This document shows, piece after piece, positions 27,271 to 37,801 of a DNA stretch of 64,000 nt. Origin of the DNA: Acidobacteriota bacterium (GTDB lineage Bacteria; Acidobacteriota; UBA6911); assembly GCA_963664705.1 (NCBI GenBank), contig OY761556.1, forward strand, positions 5,184,001 to 5,248,000. The letters run 5' to 3'. The notes under the pieces are model-generated. The model was not told the DNA's origin, searched no databases, and was given only the letters and a program-made list of their open reading frames with translations. Numbering within the stretch: the stretch's first letter is position 1; every line of letters starts with the position of its first letter. A program made the position numbers and the translations under genes.

Positions 27271-28701
27271 GTGAGTGCAGCTTCAATTCAGCCAAACTGG
27301 CCTGAGATCTATCGACAGCGGCGCAACAAAATCCGGGCGGATGTCGGGGGTGGAGTGATCCTCTGGCTGGGACACACATTGCAGCCCCGCAATTACGCCG
27401 ACAATTCCTACCCTTTCCGTCAGAATTCCCATTTTCTTTACTACGCAGGCCTTTCGTCACCGGACATGGCGATGCTGTCGTTCCCTGAGTACGATTACGA
27501 CATCCTGTTTTTGCGACCAACGAGCATGGATGACATCGTCTGGAGCGGACCGCAGCCATCGCCGGTGGAACTGGCCCGCGAGGCTGGAATCGATACCGTA
27601 GAAGATATCGACAGGTTGGAGGAATACCTGGTAAAGGCGCAAAACCAGGGAAAGAAGATCCACTACCTCCCCCCTTATCAGCACTCGTCCATTTTCAGGC
27701 TTGCGCAGCTTCTGAACATGGATCCCGGCGAAGTCAGCATCAATGCCTCTCCGGTGTTGATCGAAACGGTGGCCCGGCAAAGATGCATCAAATCCGATGA
27801 AGAGATTGCGGAGATCGAAGATGCGCTCATCATCTCGGACAGAATGCATCGCGCCTGCATGGCCGCGGCACGCCCGGGAATGCAGGAAAGTGAACTTGCC
27901 GGCATCATCCAGGGAATCGCTCTATCGGCAGGACGTGAGCAGGCCTATCCACCTATCGTAACGACGCGGGGAGAGGTGCTGCACAACCACTCTTACGACA
28001 ACGTCCTTGCGGAAGGCGATCTGATCCTGAATGACTCGGCGGCGGAATCGCCCAGGTTCTATGCTTCGGATATCACACGGGCATTTCCCGTCACGGGACG
28101 GTTTACCGCCCAACAGGCTGAGGTGTACCAGCTCGTATTACGTATGCAGCTTGGAGCGATCGGCATGATCAAGCCGGGAGTGACCTATCGCGATGTTCAC
28201 CTGGCTGCCTGCCGCATTCTGGCCGAGGGAATGCGCAGCATCGGTTTGATGCAGGGGAATCCTTCAGATGCAGTGGATGCCGGAGCTCATGCACTCTTTT
28301 TCCCACACGGCGTCGGCCACATGCTTGGCTTGGATGTCCACGACATGGAGGATCTCGGGGATATCGTTGGCTACGGACGGAAGGAAAAGCGAAGCACACA
28401 GTTCGGACTGAATTTTTTGCGCCTTAGCCGCACTTTGGATCCGGGGTATGTTTTGACTGTAGAACCTGGGATTTATTTCATTCCGGCCTTGATTGAACGC
28501 TGGCAGAAGGATCGCCTGCACAAAGAGTTCATCAATTATGACAAGGTGAGCATGTATGTCGGATTTGGCGGGATTCGAATCGAGGACAATATCCTGGTGA
28601 CGCCGACAGGCGCTCATGTCCTTGGACCTGGAATTCCAAAGACGATTCCTGAAGTCGAAGAAGCCTGCGGGAAGAAGTTATTGCTCGAGGATCTGATTTA
28701 A
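27271..28701 (+). CDS. pepP: Xaa-Pro aminopeptidase
   Basis: YPFRQNSHFLY, YASDITR, HGVGHMLGLDVHD, TVEPGIYF, GIRIEDN; SD GGAGG. Confidence 0.93.
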   Translation: MSAASIQPNWPEIYRQRRNKIRADVGGGVILWLGHTLQPRNYADNSYPFRQNSHFLYYAGLSSPDMAMLSFPEYDYDILFLRPTSMDDIVWSGPQPSPVELAREAGIDTVEDIDRLEEYLVKAQNQGKKIHYLPPYQHSSIFRLAQLLNMDPGEVSINASPVLIETVARQRCIKSDEEIAEIEDALIISDRMHRACMAAARPGMQESELAGIIQGIALSAGREQAYPPIVTTRGEVLHNHSYDNVLAEGDLILNDSAAESPRFYASDITRAFPVTGRFTAQQAEVYQLVLRMQLGAIGMIKPGVTYRDVHLAACRILAEGMRSIGLMQGNPSDAVDAGAHALFFPHGVGHMLGLDVHDMEDLGDIVGYGRKEKRSTQFGLNFLRLSRTLDPGYVLTVEPGIYFIPALIERWQKDRLHKEFINYDKVSMYVGFGGIRIEDNILVTPTGAHVLGPGIPKTIPEVEEACGKKLLLEDLI

Positions 28702-28705
28702 GAGC

Positions 28706-28746
28706 CAGCCGCGGAGAACCAAGACCTCCGACGTTCTTCGCGGCTG
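28706..28746. terminator. Possible bidirectional hairpin between pepP and trpS
   Basis: cagccgcggagaac ... gttcttcgcggctg imperfect IR; no clear U-tract. Confidence 0.4.
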
Positions 28747-28753
28747 CGCGTCA

Positions 28754-29746
28754 CTAATAATTCCGAATGCCCATCGCATCCCGGACCTGGCGAACCAGCG
28801 GCAGCGACAGCTCTCTTGCTTTTTCGGCACCGCGCTTCAGGATCTCATCGACATATTCCGGCTGCCTGGCAAGTTCCTCACGGCGGGCGCGCGCACTGCC
28901 GAATCTTTCCATGAATTTGTCAAAGATAGCCTGTTTCACTTCCCGATAGCCCAACCCTCCGCTACGGAATCGGTCTGCCCAGTAGGCTTGCGTTTCCGCA
29001 TCGCAGAAGAGCTTGAGAACTGCATACAGGACACTGCGATCCGGGTCTTTCGGTTCGGCCAGAGACGCCGAATCCGTAACAATCGAGAAGATCTGCTGGC
29101 GAAGCTCCTCTTCCTTTGCGAATAGCGCAATCATGTTGTTGTACGACTTGGACATTTTGCGGCCATCCCGTCCCGGAACAACGGCGACGCTTTCAGGTAT
29201 GTGCGGCTCCGGAATTGTCAGGATTTCCCCATACGCATTGTTGAAGTACTGGGCAATATCCCTCGTTACTTCCACGTGCTGCTTTTGATCCTGCCCGACG
29301 GGAACCCGGTTGGCCCGGACAATCAGAATATCGGCAGCCATCAAAACAGGATAGGCAAAGAGGCCGTGATCCGAAGGGATCCCCTGCGCTACTTTGTCCT
29401 TATAGGCATGGCAGCGCTCCAACAGCCCCATGGGAGTTACGGTTGTAAGCAACCACTGCAGTTCACACACCTCCGGCATATCGCTTTGAAGGTAAATGGC
29501 ACAGCGTTCAGGATCCAGTCCCAGGGCCAGGTAATCCGCCGCAGTGTTCCGGGTCAATTCCAGGAGCCGCTCCCGATCGCGGATAGTAGTCAGCGCATGG
29601 TAGTTGGCCAGGAAGTAATAGCACCGGTTCCCTTCCTCGATAAACTGGATAAACTGCTGCACGGCGCCGAAGTAATTGCCCAGGTGCAGATTGCCGGACG
29701 GCTGGATGCCGGAAAGAATAGTGGTTGTCTTGGGAGTATTCGTCAT
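28754..29746 (-). CDS. trpS: Tryptophan--tRNA ligase
   Basis: SGIQPSGNLHLGNY, YPVLMAADIL, VPVGQDQ, KMSKS. Confidence 0.97.
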   Translation of the reverse strand: MTNTPKTTTILSGIQPSGNLHLGNYFGAVQQFIQFIEEGNRCYYFLANYHALTTIRDRERLLELTRNTAADYLALGLDPERCAIYLQSDMPEVCELQWLLTTVTPMGLLERCHAYKDKVAQGIPSDHGLFAYPVLMAADILIVRANRVPVGQDQKQHVEVTRDIAQYFNNAYGEILTIPEPHIPESVAVVPGRDGRKMSKSYNNMIALFAKEEELRQQIFSIVTDSASLAEPKDPDRSVLYAVLKLFCDAETQAYWADRFRSGGLGYREVKQAIFDKFMERFGSARARREELARQPEYVDEILKRGAEKARELSLPLVRQVRDAMGIRNY

Positions 29747-29861
29747 TTTCTCCTTCTCTTCACTCGCGATTCACTAGGGTTCAAGCCGCAAATACTGGCA
29801 TTCCACAAAGGGATTTGCAATGGAGAACTCTCCAGGCCGGCCCGCACAAACATGCTGCCAA

Positions 29862-31037
29862 TTACTCAAGGAGCTGTTTGGCGATCGTCTGTAGCTGCAT
29901 GTTGGAGGTACCTTCGTAGATCTTTCCTATTTTGGCATCCCGATAGAACTTCTCCACGGGATACTCTTTGGTGTATCCATAGCCTCCGTGCAATTCCAGT
30001 GCCTGACTGGTCACATACTCCGCCATGGCTGAAGCCATATATTTCGCCATCGCGGCTTCTTTGAGATAGGCCCTTCCCGTCATCTTGAGTTTGGCCGCGT
30101 TATAGACCATCAACCGGGCGGCTTCCAGCCGCGTGGCCATTTCAGCAATTTGAAACTGGATGGCCTGAAAACTTGAAAGCGTTTTCCCGAACTGCTTGCG
30201 TTCCTGGACATAGCGGATAGCGCATTCAAGAGCACCCTGAGCAATCCCGACCATCTGGGCTCCGATTCCAATGCGGCCGCCATTCAGGGTTTCCAGCGCG
30301 ACTCTGTATCCTTTCCCAAGTTCGCCTAAGATCTGGCTCTCCGGAACAAAACAATCGTCCAGGATCAACTCACAGGTGGAGCTTGCCCGAATCCCCATTT
30401 TGTCTTCTCTTTTGCCGACCGAGAACCCTGGAGTATCTTTCGGGACAATGAAGGCCGTAATTCCACGGTGACCCAGGGCCGGATCCACTGTTGCAAATAC
30501 AATAAAAAGTTCGGCTTCCGCGGCATTGGTGATCCAGAGCTTCCGGCCATTTAAAACATAGCCGCCGTTCCGCCTTGCGGCCCGGGTTGCCAGTCCGAAG
30601 GCATCACTGCCGGAGCCTGCCTCTGATAGGGCATAGGCGCCTACCGCGTCTTTACACAACCGCGGGAGAAAGCTCTGTTTCAGGTCCTCCGAGCCCCAGC
30701 GCAGGATTGCGCCGTTCACCAGCGTATTCTGGACATCGACGATGGAGATAGCCGCCGCATCAACTCGGGAGATTTCCTCTACGGCCAGGACAACCATGAA
30801 AAAGGTGCCACCCGCGCCGCCGTAGGATTCAGGTACATCAATCCCCATCAGGCCAAAATCAAAGAACTGGCGGATGAGGGCCGGATTCATCTGCCCCGCT
30901 CGGTCCATTTCCGATACCAGCGGCCTTATCTGTTCTTCCGCAAAATCATGAACGCTGGAACGAAACAGCTGTTCCTCTTCGGAAAGAAACGTCAGCGGCA
31001 AAGCGCCGCCTTCCAAATCCACTGTTTCACTACCCAT
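29862..31037 (-). CDS. Acyl-CoA dehydrogenase (short/branched-chain type)
   Basis: ALSEAGSGSDA, NGRKLWITNA, KMGIRASST, RKQFG, IYEGTSNMQ. Confidence 0.95.
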   Translation of the reverse strand: MGSETVDLEGGALPLTFLSEEEQLFRSSVHDFAEEQIRPLVSEMDRAGQMNPALIRQFFDFGLMGIDVPESYGGAGGTFFMVVLAVEEISRVDAAAISIVDVQNTLVNGAILRWGSEDLKQSFLPRLCKDAVGAYALSEAGSGSDAFGLATRAARRNGGYVLNGRKLWITNAAEAELFIVFATVDPALGHRGITAFIVPKDTPGFSVGKREDKMGIRASSTCELILDDCFVPESQILGELGKGYRVALETLNGGRIGIGAQMVGIAQGALECAIRYVQERKQFGKTLSSFQAIQFQIAEMATRLEAARLMVYNAAKLKMTGRAYLKEAAMAKYMASAMAEYVTSQALELHGGYGYTKEYPVEKFYRDAKIGKIYEGTSNMQLQTIAKQLLE

Positions 31038-31224
31038 GCAGAAATCCCCTTCACTTCGAAAGCTCGAAGACTCAAGAACCGCGGTGAACCTATTTTCGGC
31101 CCGCCGAATCTAAAACCTGATATCAGCAGTTGTTGAGTAGAGCGCATCCATGTAGTTTTTATACCATTTCCACGCTTTTGAGTCCTGGGTATTTGGAGCG
31201 TGCCTCGGCGCGAAACCGCATCCG

Positions 31225-31253
31225 TTGACTCAAAGGGGCGGAATTTCTATAAT
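31225..31253 (+). promoter_or_regulatory. Sigma70-type promoter for the GWxTD gene
   Basis: TTGACT-17 bp-TATAAT, 35 bp upstream of ATG 31288. Confidence 0.75.
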
Positions 31254-31287
31254 CTGGTTGAATAGATCCGCTCGGGAGGGCCCAGCT

Positions 31288-32973
31288 ATGCGTTATCTGC
31301 GATCATTGCTTTATGTGTCATTCCTCTGTTTCGGTTTGACCTATTCCTTCTCGAGCCCGACGGCGGACAAGCCCGCGGCGGAATCAACGCCGGCCAAGAC
31401 CAAACCGCAGAAGAAGAAAAACGACAGTGACCAGGTCCAGTACTATAAGAAATGGCTCGATGAAGATGTCCGCTGGATTATTTCCGAGGAAGAGCGGAGC
31501 GTTTTCAAAAACCTGAAGAATGACGAGGAGAAGGACAGCTTCATTGAACAATTCTGGGCGCGCAGAAACCCGAATCCGCGCCTGGCCGACAATGCATTCA
31601 AGGAAGAACACTATCGGCGGATTGCCTACTCCAACGAGCACTTTGCTTCGGGCATACCGGGGTGGAGAACCGACCGCGGACGGATTTACGTCATGTTTGG
31701 TAAACCGGACGAACTCGAATCGCATCCAACCGGTGGTTCCTATAATCGTCCGTTCAATGAGGGGGGCGGAACGACCACTACCTATCCCTTTGAAAAATGG
31801 TGGTACCGGCATATTGACGGGATTGGTGACGATATCGAGATCGAATTTGTGGATCAATCGGGATCGGGCGAATACCGGATGGCTATGAGTCCGGATGAGA
31901 AGGATGCCTTGATCAACGTTCCGAATGCCGGGCTGACACTGGCTGAGGAAATGGGACTTTCCGATAAAACCGATCGTGCCTATTTCAATCCGTCCGTTGC
32001 CAACGACGCCAGCAATCCTCAGAACATGTTCATGCGGGCCAAGGACTCTCCTTTCAACCGCATGGAGCAGTATTTCAATCTTCAGAAGGCGCCGCAGGTC
32101 AAGTTTGAAGATCTCAAGGCTGTCATCACAGCTCACATCAACTACAACGCCCTGCCCTATGATTATCGATGGGATTTCATTAAGCTTTCGTCGGATAAGA
32201 TTCTCGTTCCTGTTACGGTTGAACTCAGCAATAAGGATCTCGAGTTTAAGAAGGAACTCGATTTCAACCGGGCAACGGTCAATGTGTACGGAAGCGTCAC
32301 CAGCCTGACCGGCCGGATTTACTACGAATGGGAAGATGTCATCAGCGTCGAGTATTCGAATGACTATTTCCAGATGGGGAAAAACAAAAAATCCGAATAC
32401 CAGAAGATCATCGGGCTGCCTCCGGGTCAACGCTATAAGCTGGATCTCGTGTTGAAGGACGTCAACAGCAAGACAATGGGGACACAGCAATTTGCTCTAA
32501 ATGTTCCCAAGTATGATGATGCCGCTTTGCAATCCAGCAGCATTATCCTGGCGCAATCGGTTTCGGCGGCGCCGACCAGCTCCGATCAGCTGCAGCAATA
32601 CGTGATCGGAGATATGAAGATCATCCCGAATGTACGAGGCGAGTATCAGTCAGGTCAGAGTCTGATTCCATACATGCAGGTCTACAACATGGAAATCGAC
32701 CAGACCAGCCAGAAGCCATCGCTGGATGTCACCTTTACCGTGAAAAACGGCGATAAGGTCGTCGAAGAACTGAAAACCTCCTCTGTGAATTCCGAGCAGT
32801 TCTTCTACGGCCAGCGTGTTGTGCTTCTTGGAAAGATACCGCTCGCCGCACTGGCCCCGGGGAAATACAAGCTGGAGATCAAAGTTGTCGACAATATCTC
32901 CAACCGATCCGTTGCCACGATGGCAGATTTTAAAGTGAAGGAATCGATCCAATCCGTCTCCCAGACCAAATAG
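31288..32973 (+). CDS. GWxTD domain-containing exported protein
   Basis: Signal peptide; YKKWLDEDVRWII, FIEQFWARR, EEHYRRIAY, GWRTDRGRIY; SD GGAGG. Confidence 0.93.
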   Translation: MRYLRSLLYVSFLCFGLTYSFSSPTADKPAAESTPAKTKPQKKKNDSDQVQYYKKWLDEDVRWIISEEERSVFKNLKNDEEKDSFIEQFWARRNPNPRLADNAFKEEHYRRIAYSNEHFASGIPGWRTDRGRIYVMFGKPDELESHPTGGSYNRPFNEGGGTTTTYPFEKWWYRHIDGIGDDIEIEFVDQSGSGEYRMAMSPDEKDALINVPNAGLTLAEEMGLSDKTDRAYFNPSVANDASNPQNMFMRAKDSPFNRMEQYFNLQKAPQVKFEDLKAVITAHINYNALPYDYRWDFIKLSSDKILVPVTVELSNKDLEFKKELDFNRATVNVYGSVTSLTGRIYYEWEDVISVEYSNDYFQMGKNKKSEYQKIIGLPPGQRYKLDLVLKDVNSKTMGTQQFALNVPKYDDAALQSSSIILAQSVSAAPTSSDQLQQYVIGDMKIIPNVRGEYQSGQSLIPYMQVYNMEIDQTSQKPSLDVTFTVKNGDKVVEELKTSSVNSEQFFYGQRVVLLGKIPLAALAPGKYKLEIKVVDNISNRSVATMADFKVKESIQSVSQTK

Positions 32974-33091
32974 GGGAGTGATCGAGACAACCACTTTTTT
33001 CTCAAAGAGTTAAGCTGAACCATGCCCCTAAGAAGGCGCTAAATGCAATTTTTTAGGGGCATTTTTTGGTTTTAGGCAGGATTCTCATTCT

Positions 33092-34072
33092 ATGGATGTA
33101 TCCATCGTCATCCCCACATGGCGAGGCCGACACCTTCTTGAGGCATATCTTCCTTCCGTTATTGCCGCATCAGATCACTATCGCAAGACGCGGGACTCCC
33201 GGACTGAAATTATCGTTGTGGAGGACGCGGGGGGAGATGACACAACCGCCTGGCTGCGATCCAATTATGGCGATAAGGTGCAGTTACTGGAGCATGAAAG
33301 GAACCTGGGATTTTGCGCCGCATGTCAGACCGGTTTTGAGCAGGCCCGATTCCCCGTTGTCCTGCTGCTGAACAACGATGTGCGGCTCGAGCCGGACTGC
33401 ATCGCATCCTTCATTCCCCATTTCGAGGATCCAACGGTCTTTGCGGTAACCGGCAAAATGTTCAATCAGAAAGGGGATACGTTTTGCAACGGGGGTAAGA
33501 TCGGTCGTTTCCGGCGAGGGATGTGGAGCAGCTATCAGAACTATGATGTGCCGGGCAGCGCGTCCGATGGCAAACCGTACCTGTCATTTGCAGCGATAGC
33601 CGCTTTTGCGGCCTACGACAGGGAAAAGTATCTGCAAATCGGCGGTCTTGACCCGCTCACGGCGATGTATGAAGACATCGAAATTTCCTATCGAGCCTGG
33701 AAGCGTGGATGGACAATTCGATATGAGCCGGGCAGCGTGGCCTATCATGATGCCAGCCAAACCATTAAACGCTTTTACCGTGGTCAATCGCGGGACATGC
33801 TCTCGAGGCGCAGCCGCATCCTGATGCACTGGATTCTGCTTCATGACAGAAAAATGTTTCTCCAGCACGTTGCATCGATGGTGGGTCGCCTCCTGGCAAG
33901 CTGGATAGTGCTGGACTGGTCTTTTTATTGGGCTATTGCAACCGGTTTACGGAACATCCGCGTGATCCGGCGCAAGCGGATGGAAAACAAACGGAGCGCG
34001 GTACGATCCGATCGCGAGTTGATTCGACTGCTGGAGGATTTTTACCGATCGGCCCCAATCAGGATTTACTGA
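33092..34072 (+). CDS. Glycosyltransferase family 2
   Basis: VSIVIPTW, NLGF, LLNNDV, YEDIEISYRAW. Confidence 0.9.
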   Translation: MDVSIVIPTWRGRHLLEAYLPSVIAASDHYRKTRDSRTEIIVVEDAGGDDTTAWLRSNYGDKVQLLEHERNLGFCAACQTGFEQARFPVVLLLNNDVRLEPDCIASFIPHFEDPTVFAVTGKMFNQKGDTFCNGGKIGRFRRGMWSSYQNYDVPGSASDGKPYLSFAAIAAFAAYDREKYLQIGGLDPLTAMYEDIEISYRAWKRGWTIRYEPGSVAYHDASQTIKRFYRGQSRDMLSRRSRILMHWILLHDRKMFLQHVASMVGRLLASWIVLDWSFYWAIATGLRNIRVIRRKRMENKRSAVRSDRELIRLLEDFYRSAPIRIY

Positions 34073-34098
34073 CCGGTTCCATGATAGAATCATCCTCC

Positions 34099-34857
34099 AT
34101 GCAGCCGATATCGGCCACCATCATTACATTTAACGAGGCACACAACATCCGGGAGGCGCTTCAGTCGTTGTCCTGGGCGGATGAAATTATCGTCGTGGAC
34201 AGCGGGAGCAGTGATGCTACCTTGGATATCTGCCGCGAATTTACAGACAGGATATTCCAGCGCGGCTGGACCGGCTATGTAGACCAGAAGAACTTTGCGG
34301 TGGAAAAAGCAAGCCACGACTGGATCTTCTCGCTGGATGCCGATGAGAGAGTCAGCGTGGAACTCCGGAACGAAATTCGGGATTTGGTCGGATCCGGATT
34401 CTCTAAGCCTGGCTACAGAATACCTCGCGTTGCATTCTTCATGGGACGCTGGATCCGTCACGGAGACTGGTACCCAGATTACCAGCTGCGCCTCTTCGAC
34501 AGGAGACAAGGCAGATGGGAGGGCGGCCGGGTCCATGAATCGGTGCGCTTGCCGGAAAAGCCGGATATTTTGCGGGGAGAAATACAACATTACACCTATC
34601 GAAGCCTGTCAGACTATCTGCGGCGGCTGGAAGTCTATTCCAACCTGGCTTCTTTCGACTATCGCCAGCGTGGAAAGCGCGCCACTCGGCTTAGCCTGTT
34701 GGGCCACCCGGCCGCAACTTTTATCAAGGCCTATATTCTGAAGCGCGGTTTCATGGATGGGACGCCGGGATTTGCGGTGGCGGTCATGGGCGCGGTTTCT
34801 GTTTTCTTCAAATACGCCAAGCTTTATGAGCTGCAAAGGACTGGCTCCGCCCGATAA
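34099..34857 (+). CDS. Glycosyltransferase family 2 (LPS beta-glucosyltransferase-like)
   Basis: ISATIITFNEA, VDSGSSDAT, WIFSLDADE, WYPDYQLRLF, VHE. Start 34081 or 34099. Confidence 0.9.
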   Translation: MQPISATIITFNEAHNIREALQSLSWADEIIVVDSGSSDATLDICREFTDRIFQRGWTGYVDQKNFAVEKASHDWIFSLDADERVSVELRNEIRDLVGSGFSKPGYRIPRVAFFMGRWIRHGDWYPDYQLRLFDRRQGRWEGGRVHESVRLPEKPDILRGEIQHYTYRSLSDYLRRLEVYSNLASFDYRQRGKRATRLSLLGHPAATFIKAYILKRGFMDGTPGFAVAVMGAVSVFFKYAKLYELQRTGSAR

Positions 34858-35011
34858 GCTAGGTGGGGAGGCAACTCCAAGTCTTTGCGTATAGGTGTTC
34901 CCGGGAGTATAGTACGCCCTGATACTTGGATGAAGTTCAGAGCATCTTACCTGATTTCTGACTCCTGACTTCTTTCTTTATTAATCCAATTTCATCCATG
35001 TGAGGTTGCAC

Positions 35012-35764
35012 ATGAAGGGAATAGTACTGGCAGGCGGGCTTGGAACGCGGCTGTATCCTTTGACAAAGGTGACGAACAAACACCTGTTGCCCATTTATGA
35101 CAAACCCATGATTTACTATCCGATCGAACGGATGGTGGATGCTGGGATTCGCGATATCCTGATCGTGACAGGCGGCAACAGCGCGGGGGATTTCCTGAAG
35201 CTCCTCGGAAACGGCAGAGAGTTTGGGCTCAACCATATCAATTACACCTACCAGGAAGGGGAAGGTGGAATTGCAGCGGCATTGTCTCTTGCTGAGTTTT
35301 TCGCGGATCAGAACCCCATCTGTGTCATCCTGGGGGATAACATTGTAGAAGGCTCGATAGCCCAGTACGTCAGGAATTTTGATCAGCAGGGTGGCGGCGC
35401 GAGAATCCTGCTGAAAGAGGTTGCCGACCCGCAGCGCTTCGGCGTTCCCGAAATCAAAGGGGACAAGATTGTTCGCATCGACGAGAAGCCGTCAAAACCT
35501 GCATCCCAGTATGCCGTTACCGGCATTTACATGTACGACCCGGACGTTTTCAAAATTATCAAAACGCTCAAGCCTTCCGGAAGAGGAGAGTTGGAGATCA
35601 CAGATGTAAATAACGCCTATATTGAGCGTGGAAAGATGCAATACGACATTTTGGACGGGTGGTGGACCGATGCCGGCACTTTTGACTCGCTGATTCGCGC
35701 ATCCAACCTGGCCTTCCAAAACGCCGAAAATCAGAGGAAGAAATCCATCAAGGCTGCAAAATAG
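35012..35764 (+). CDS. rfbA: Glucose-1-phosphate thymidylyltransferase (RmlA/SpsI type)
   Basis: MKGIVLAGGLGTRLYPLT, KHLLPIYDKPM, SGRGELEITD, WWTDAGT. Confidence 0.9.
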   Translation: MKGIVLAGGLGTRLYPLTKVTNKHLLPIYDKPMIYYPIERMVDAGIRDILIVTGGNSAGDFLKLLGNGREFGLNHINYTYQEGEGGIAAALSLAEFFADQNPICVILGDNIVEGSIAQYVRNFDQQGGGARILLKEVADPQRFGVPEIKGDKIVRIDEKPSKPASQYAVTGIYMYDPDVFKIIKTLKPSGRGELEITDVNNAYIERGKMQYDILDGWWTDAGTFDSLIRASNLAFQNAENQRKKSIKAAK

Positions 35765-35800
35765 GGGCCTGAAAACGGACGACGAGTAGAGAGAGTACCT

Positions 35801-36832
35801 ATGATGAAGCTACTGGTTACAGGCGGAGCCGGTTTTATCGGATCGAATTTCGTCCGATACATGCTCGCGAAATATCCCGAATACCACATCATTAACCTGG
35901 ACAAACTCACCTATGCCGGCAATCTCGAGAACCTGGCCGGTTTAGAGCGGGATACGCGGCATGAATTCGTCCAGGGAGACATCTGCGATGCGGAAGTTGT
36001 AGCCGGAATTTTGCAGCGCGGCATTGATTCCGTCGTTAATTTCGCGGCCGAATCTCACGTGGATCGCAGCATCCTGCACTCGCAGGAATTCGTTCGAACC
36101 AACATTGTTGGCACTCTGAATCTGCTGGAGGCTTGCCGGAAAGGCAAAATCGGCCGCTATATTCAGATCTCCACAGATGAGGTTTATGGGAGCCTGGGAC
36201 CTGACGGATTTTTTACCGAATTGAGCCCCATCGCCCCTAACAGCCCCTATGCAGCGAGCAAGGCTTCCGCGGACCTGCTGGTGCGCAGCTATTTCCATAC
36301 GCATGGGTTTCCCGGAATCATTACGCGATGCTCCAACAATTACGGACCCTATCAGTTTCCTGAAAAGCTGATTCCGCTGCTGATCAGCAATGCCATGGCC
36401 GGAGAGTCGCTGCCGATTTACGGGGATGGTCTGAACATCCGGGATTGGATTCATGTTCGCGACCACTGCTCGGCAATCGATGCAGTGCTTCATCATGGAA
36501 AGCCCGGAGCGGTCTATAATGTCGGCGCGAGGCAGGAATTCACCAATATTCATGTGGTCCGCTCGATCCTGAAACTGTTGGGCAAGGACGAGTCCCTGAT
36601 TCGATACGTTGAAGACAGGCCGGGACATGACCGGCGGTATGCCATCGACAGCTCCAGGATTGAAGAGGAGTTGGGCTGGAAAGCTTCAACCCTGTTCGAC
36701 GCGGGGCTGAAGGAAACGATCGACTGGTATTGCGGAAACACCGGGTGGGTGGAGCACGTGCGCAGCGGAGCTTACCGCACCTATTACGACCGGATGTACC
36801 TTCAGCGCGAGCAGACGCTCTCTCAGCGATAG
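35801..36832 (+). CDS. rfbB: dTDP-glucose 4,6-dehydratase
   Basis: TGGAGFIGSNF, LDKLTYAGN, AAESHVDRSI, STDEVYG, YxxxK, DRPGHDRRY. Confidence 0.97.
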   Translation: MMKLLVTGGAGFIGSNFVRYMLAKYPEYHIINLDKLTYAGNLENLAGLERDTRHEFVQGDICDAEVVAGILQRGIDSVVNFAAESHVDRSILHSQEFVRTNIVGTLNLLEACRKGKIGRYIQISTDEVYGSLGPDGFFTELSPIAPNSPYAASKASADLLVRSYFHTHGFPGIITRCSNNYGPYQFPEKLIPLLISNAMAGESLPIYGDGLNIRDWIHVRDHCSAIDAVLHHGKPGAVYNVGARQEFTNIHVVRSILKLLGKDESLIRYVEDRPGHDRRYAIDSSRIEEELGWKASTLFDAGLKETIDWYCGNTGWVEHVRSGAYRTYYDRMYLQREQTLSQR

Positions 36833-36846
36833 TAACAGAAACCTCT

Positions 36847-37701
36847 ATGAGAATTTTGCTAGTGGGTGCTCGAGGAATGCTTGGGACGGATCTGCTGGAA
36901 ACGATCCGGGACGTTCATGAGGTCCTGGATTTTGATATACCGGAGATCGATATTACGAGCCTGGAGGAATGCCTTTCGGCCGCGGCAAAATACCGCCCGG
37001 AAGTCATCATCAATTCAGCCGCATACACGCGCGTAGACGACTGTGAAACGCATGCCGATCAGGCCTTTCTCGTCAATGGCGAAGGAGCCAGCAATCTCGC
37101 ACAGGCGGCGGCAGCACAGAAGGCTCTGCTGGTCCATTACAGCACCGACTATGTCTTTGACGGATTGAAGCAGGGAGCCTATCTGGAAGAGGATACGCCC
37201 AACCCGCAGAGCATTTACGGAAAATCCAAACTCAGCGGAGAAAACCTGATTCGCGGCTGCTCGCCGAATCACCTGATATTGCGGACATCCTGGCTTTTTG
37301 GAAAAAATGGACCGAATTTCATTCGGACGATTGTCGGGGCGGCGGCGAATGGACAGCAACTGCGGGTAGTCAATGATCAGCAGGGGAGCCCCACCTACTC
37401 GAAAGACCTTGCGGCGCATACCTTGCGCATGATTGAAGCGGACTGTCGCGGAACCTACCATGTTACGAACAGCCAGGCATGCACCTGGTTCGAGCTGGCA
37501 GGCAGGGCTGTGGAATGGGCGGGCCTTCAAAATACTCCCATTGTTCCCGTCTCCACCTCCGCGTTCCCCAGGCCCGCGCGACGGCCATCCAACTCTGTCC
37601 TCGCCAATGCGCGGCTGCAAAGGGAAGGGCTTCCATTATTGCGATCCTGGCAGGAAGCCGCACGGGAATACATCGAGCAGAATCTAAAACATAAATCGTA
37701 G
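36847..37701 (+). CDS. rfbD: dTDP-4-dehydrorhamnose reductase
   Basis: GARGMLG, AAYTRVD, STDYVFDG, YGKSKL, DQQGSPT. Confidence 0.95.
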   Translation: MRILLVGARGMLGTDLLETIRDVHEVLDFDIPEIDITSLEECLSAAAKYRPEVIINSAAYTRVDDCETHADQAFLVNGEGASNLAQAAAAQKALLVHYSTDYVFDGLKQGAYLEEDTPNPQSIYGKSKLSGENLIRGCSPNHLILRTSWLFGKNGPNFIRTIVGAAANGQQLRVVNDQQGSPTYSKDLAAHTLRMIEADCRGTYHVTNSQACTWFELAGRAVEWAGLQNTPIVPVSTSAFPRPARRPSNSVLANARLQREGLPLLRSWQEAAREYIEQNLKHKS

Positions 37702-37716
37702 GAACGCTCCGAGTCT

Positions 37717-37746
37717 TTGCGCCTTCGGGGCAATTCTATGTATAAT
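37717..37746 (+). promoter_or_regulatory. Putative sigma70 promoter for smpB
   Basis: TTGCGC-18 bp-TATAAT upstream of smpB. Confidence 0.5.
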
Positions 37747-37801
37747 CTAATAATTCTTATGCGGGCCTGATGCCCGCATTCTGTTTTGACGGAAGCGAAA
37801 A

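Noticed and set aside
31057-31090. ctcgaagactcaagaaccgcgg, resembling the element 9-mers
   Set aside because: Too short and degenerate, with no partner inverted arm
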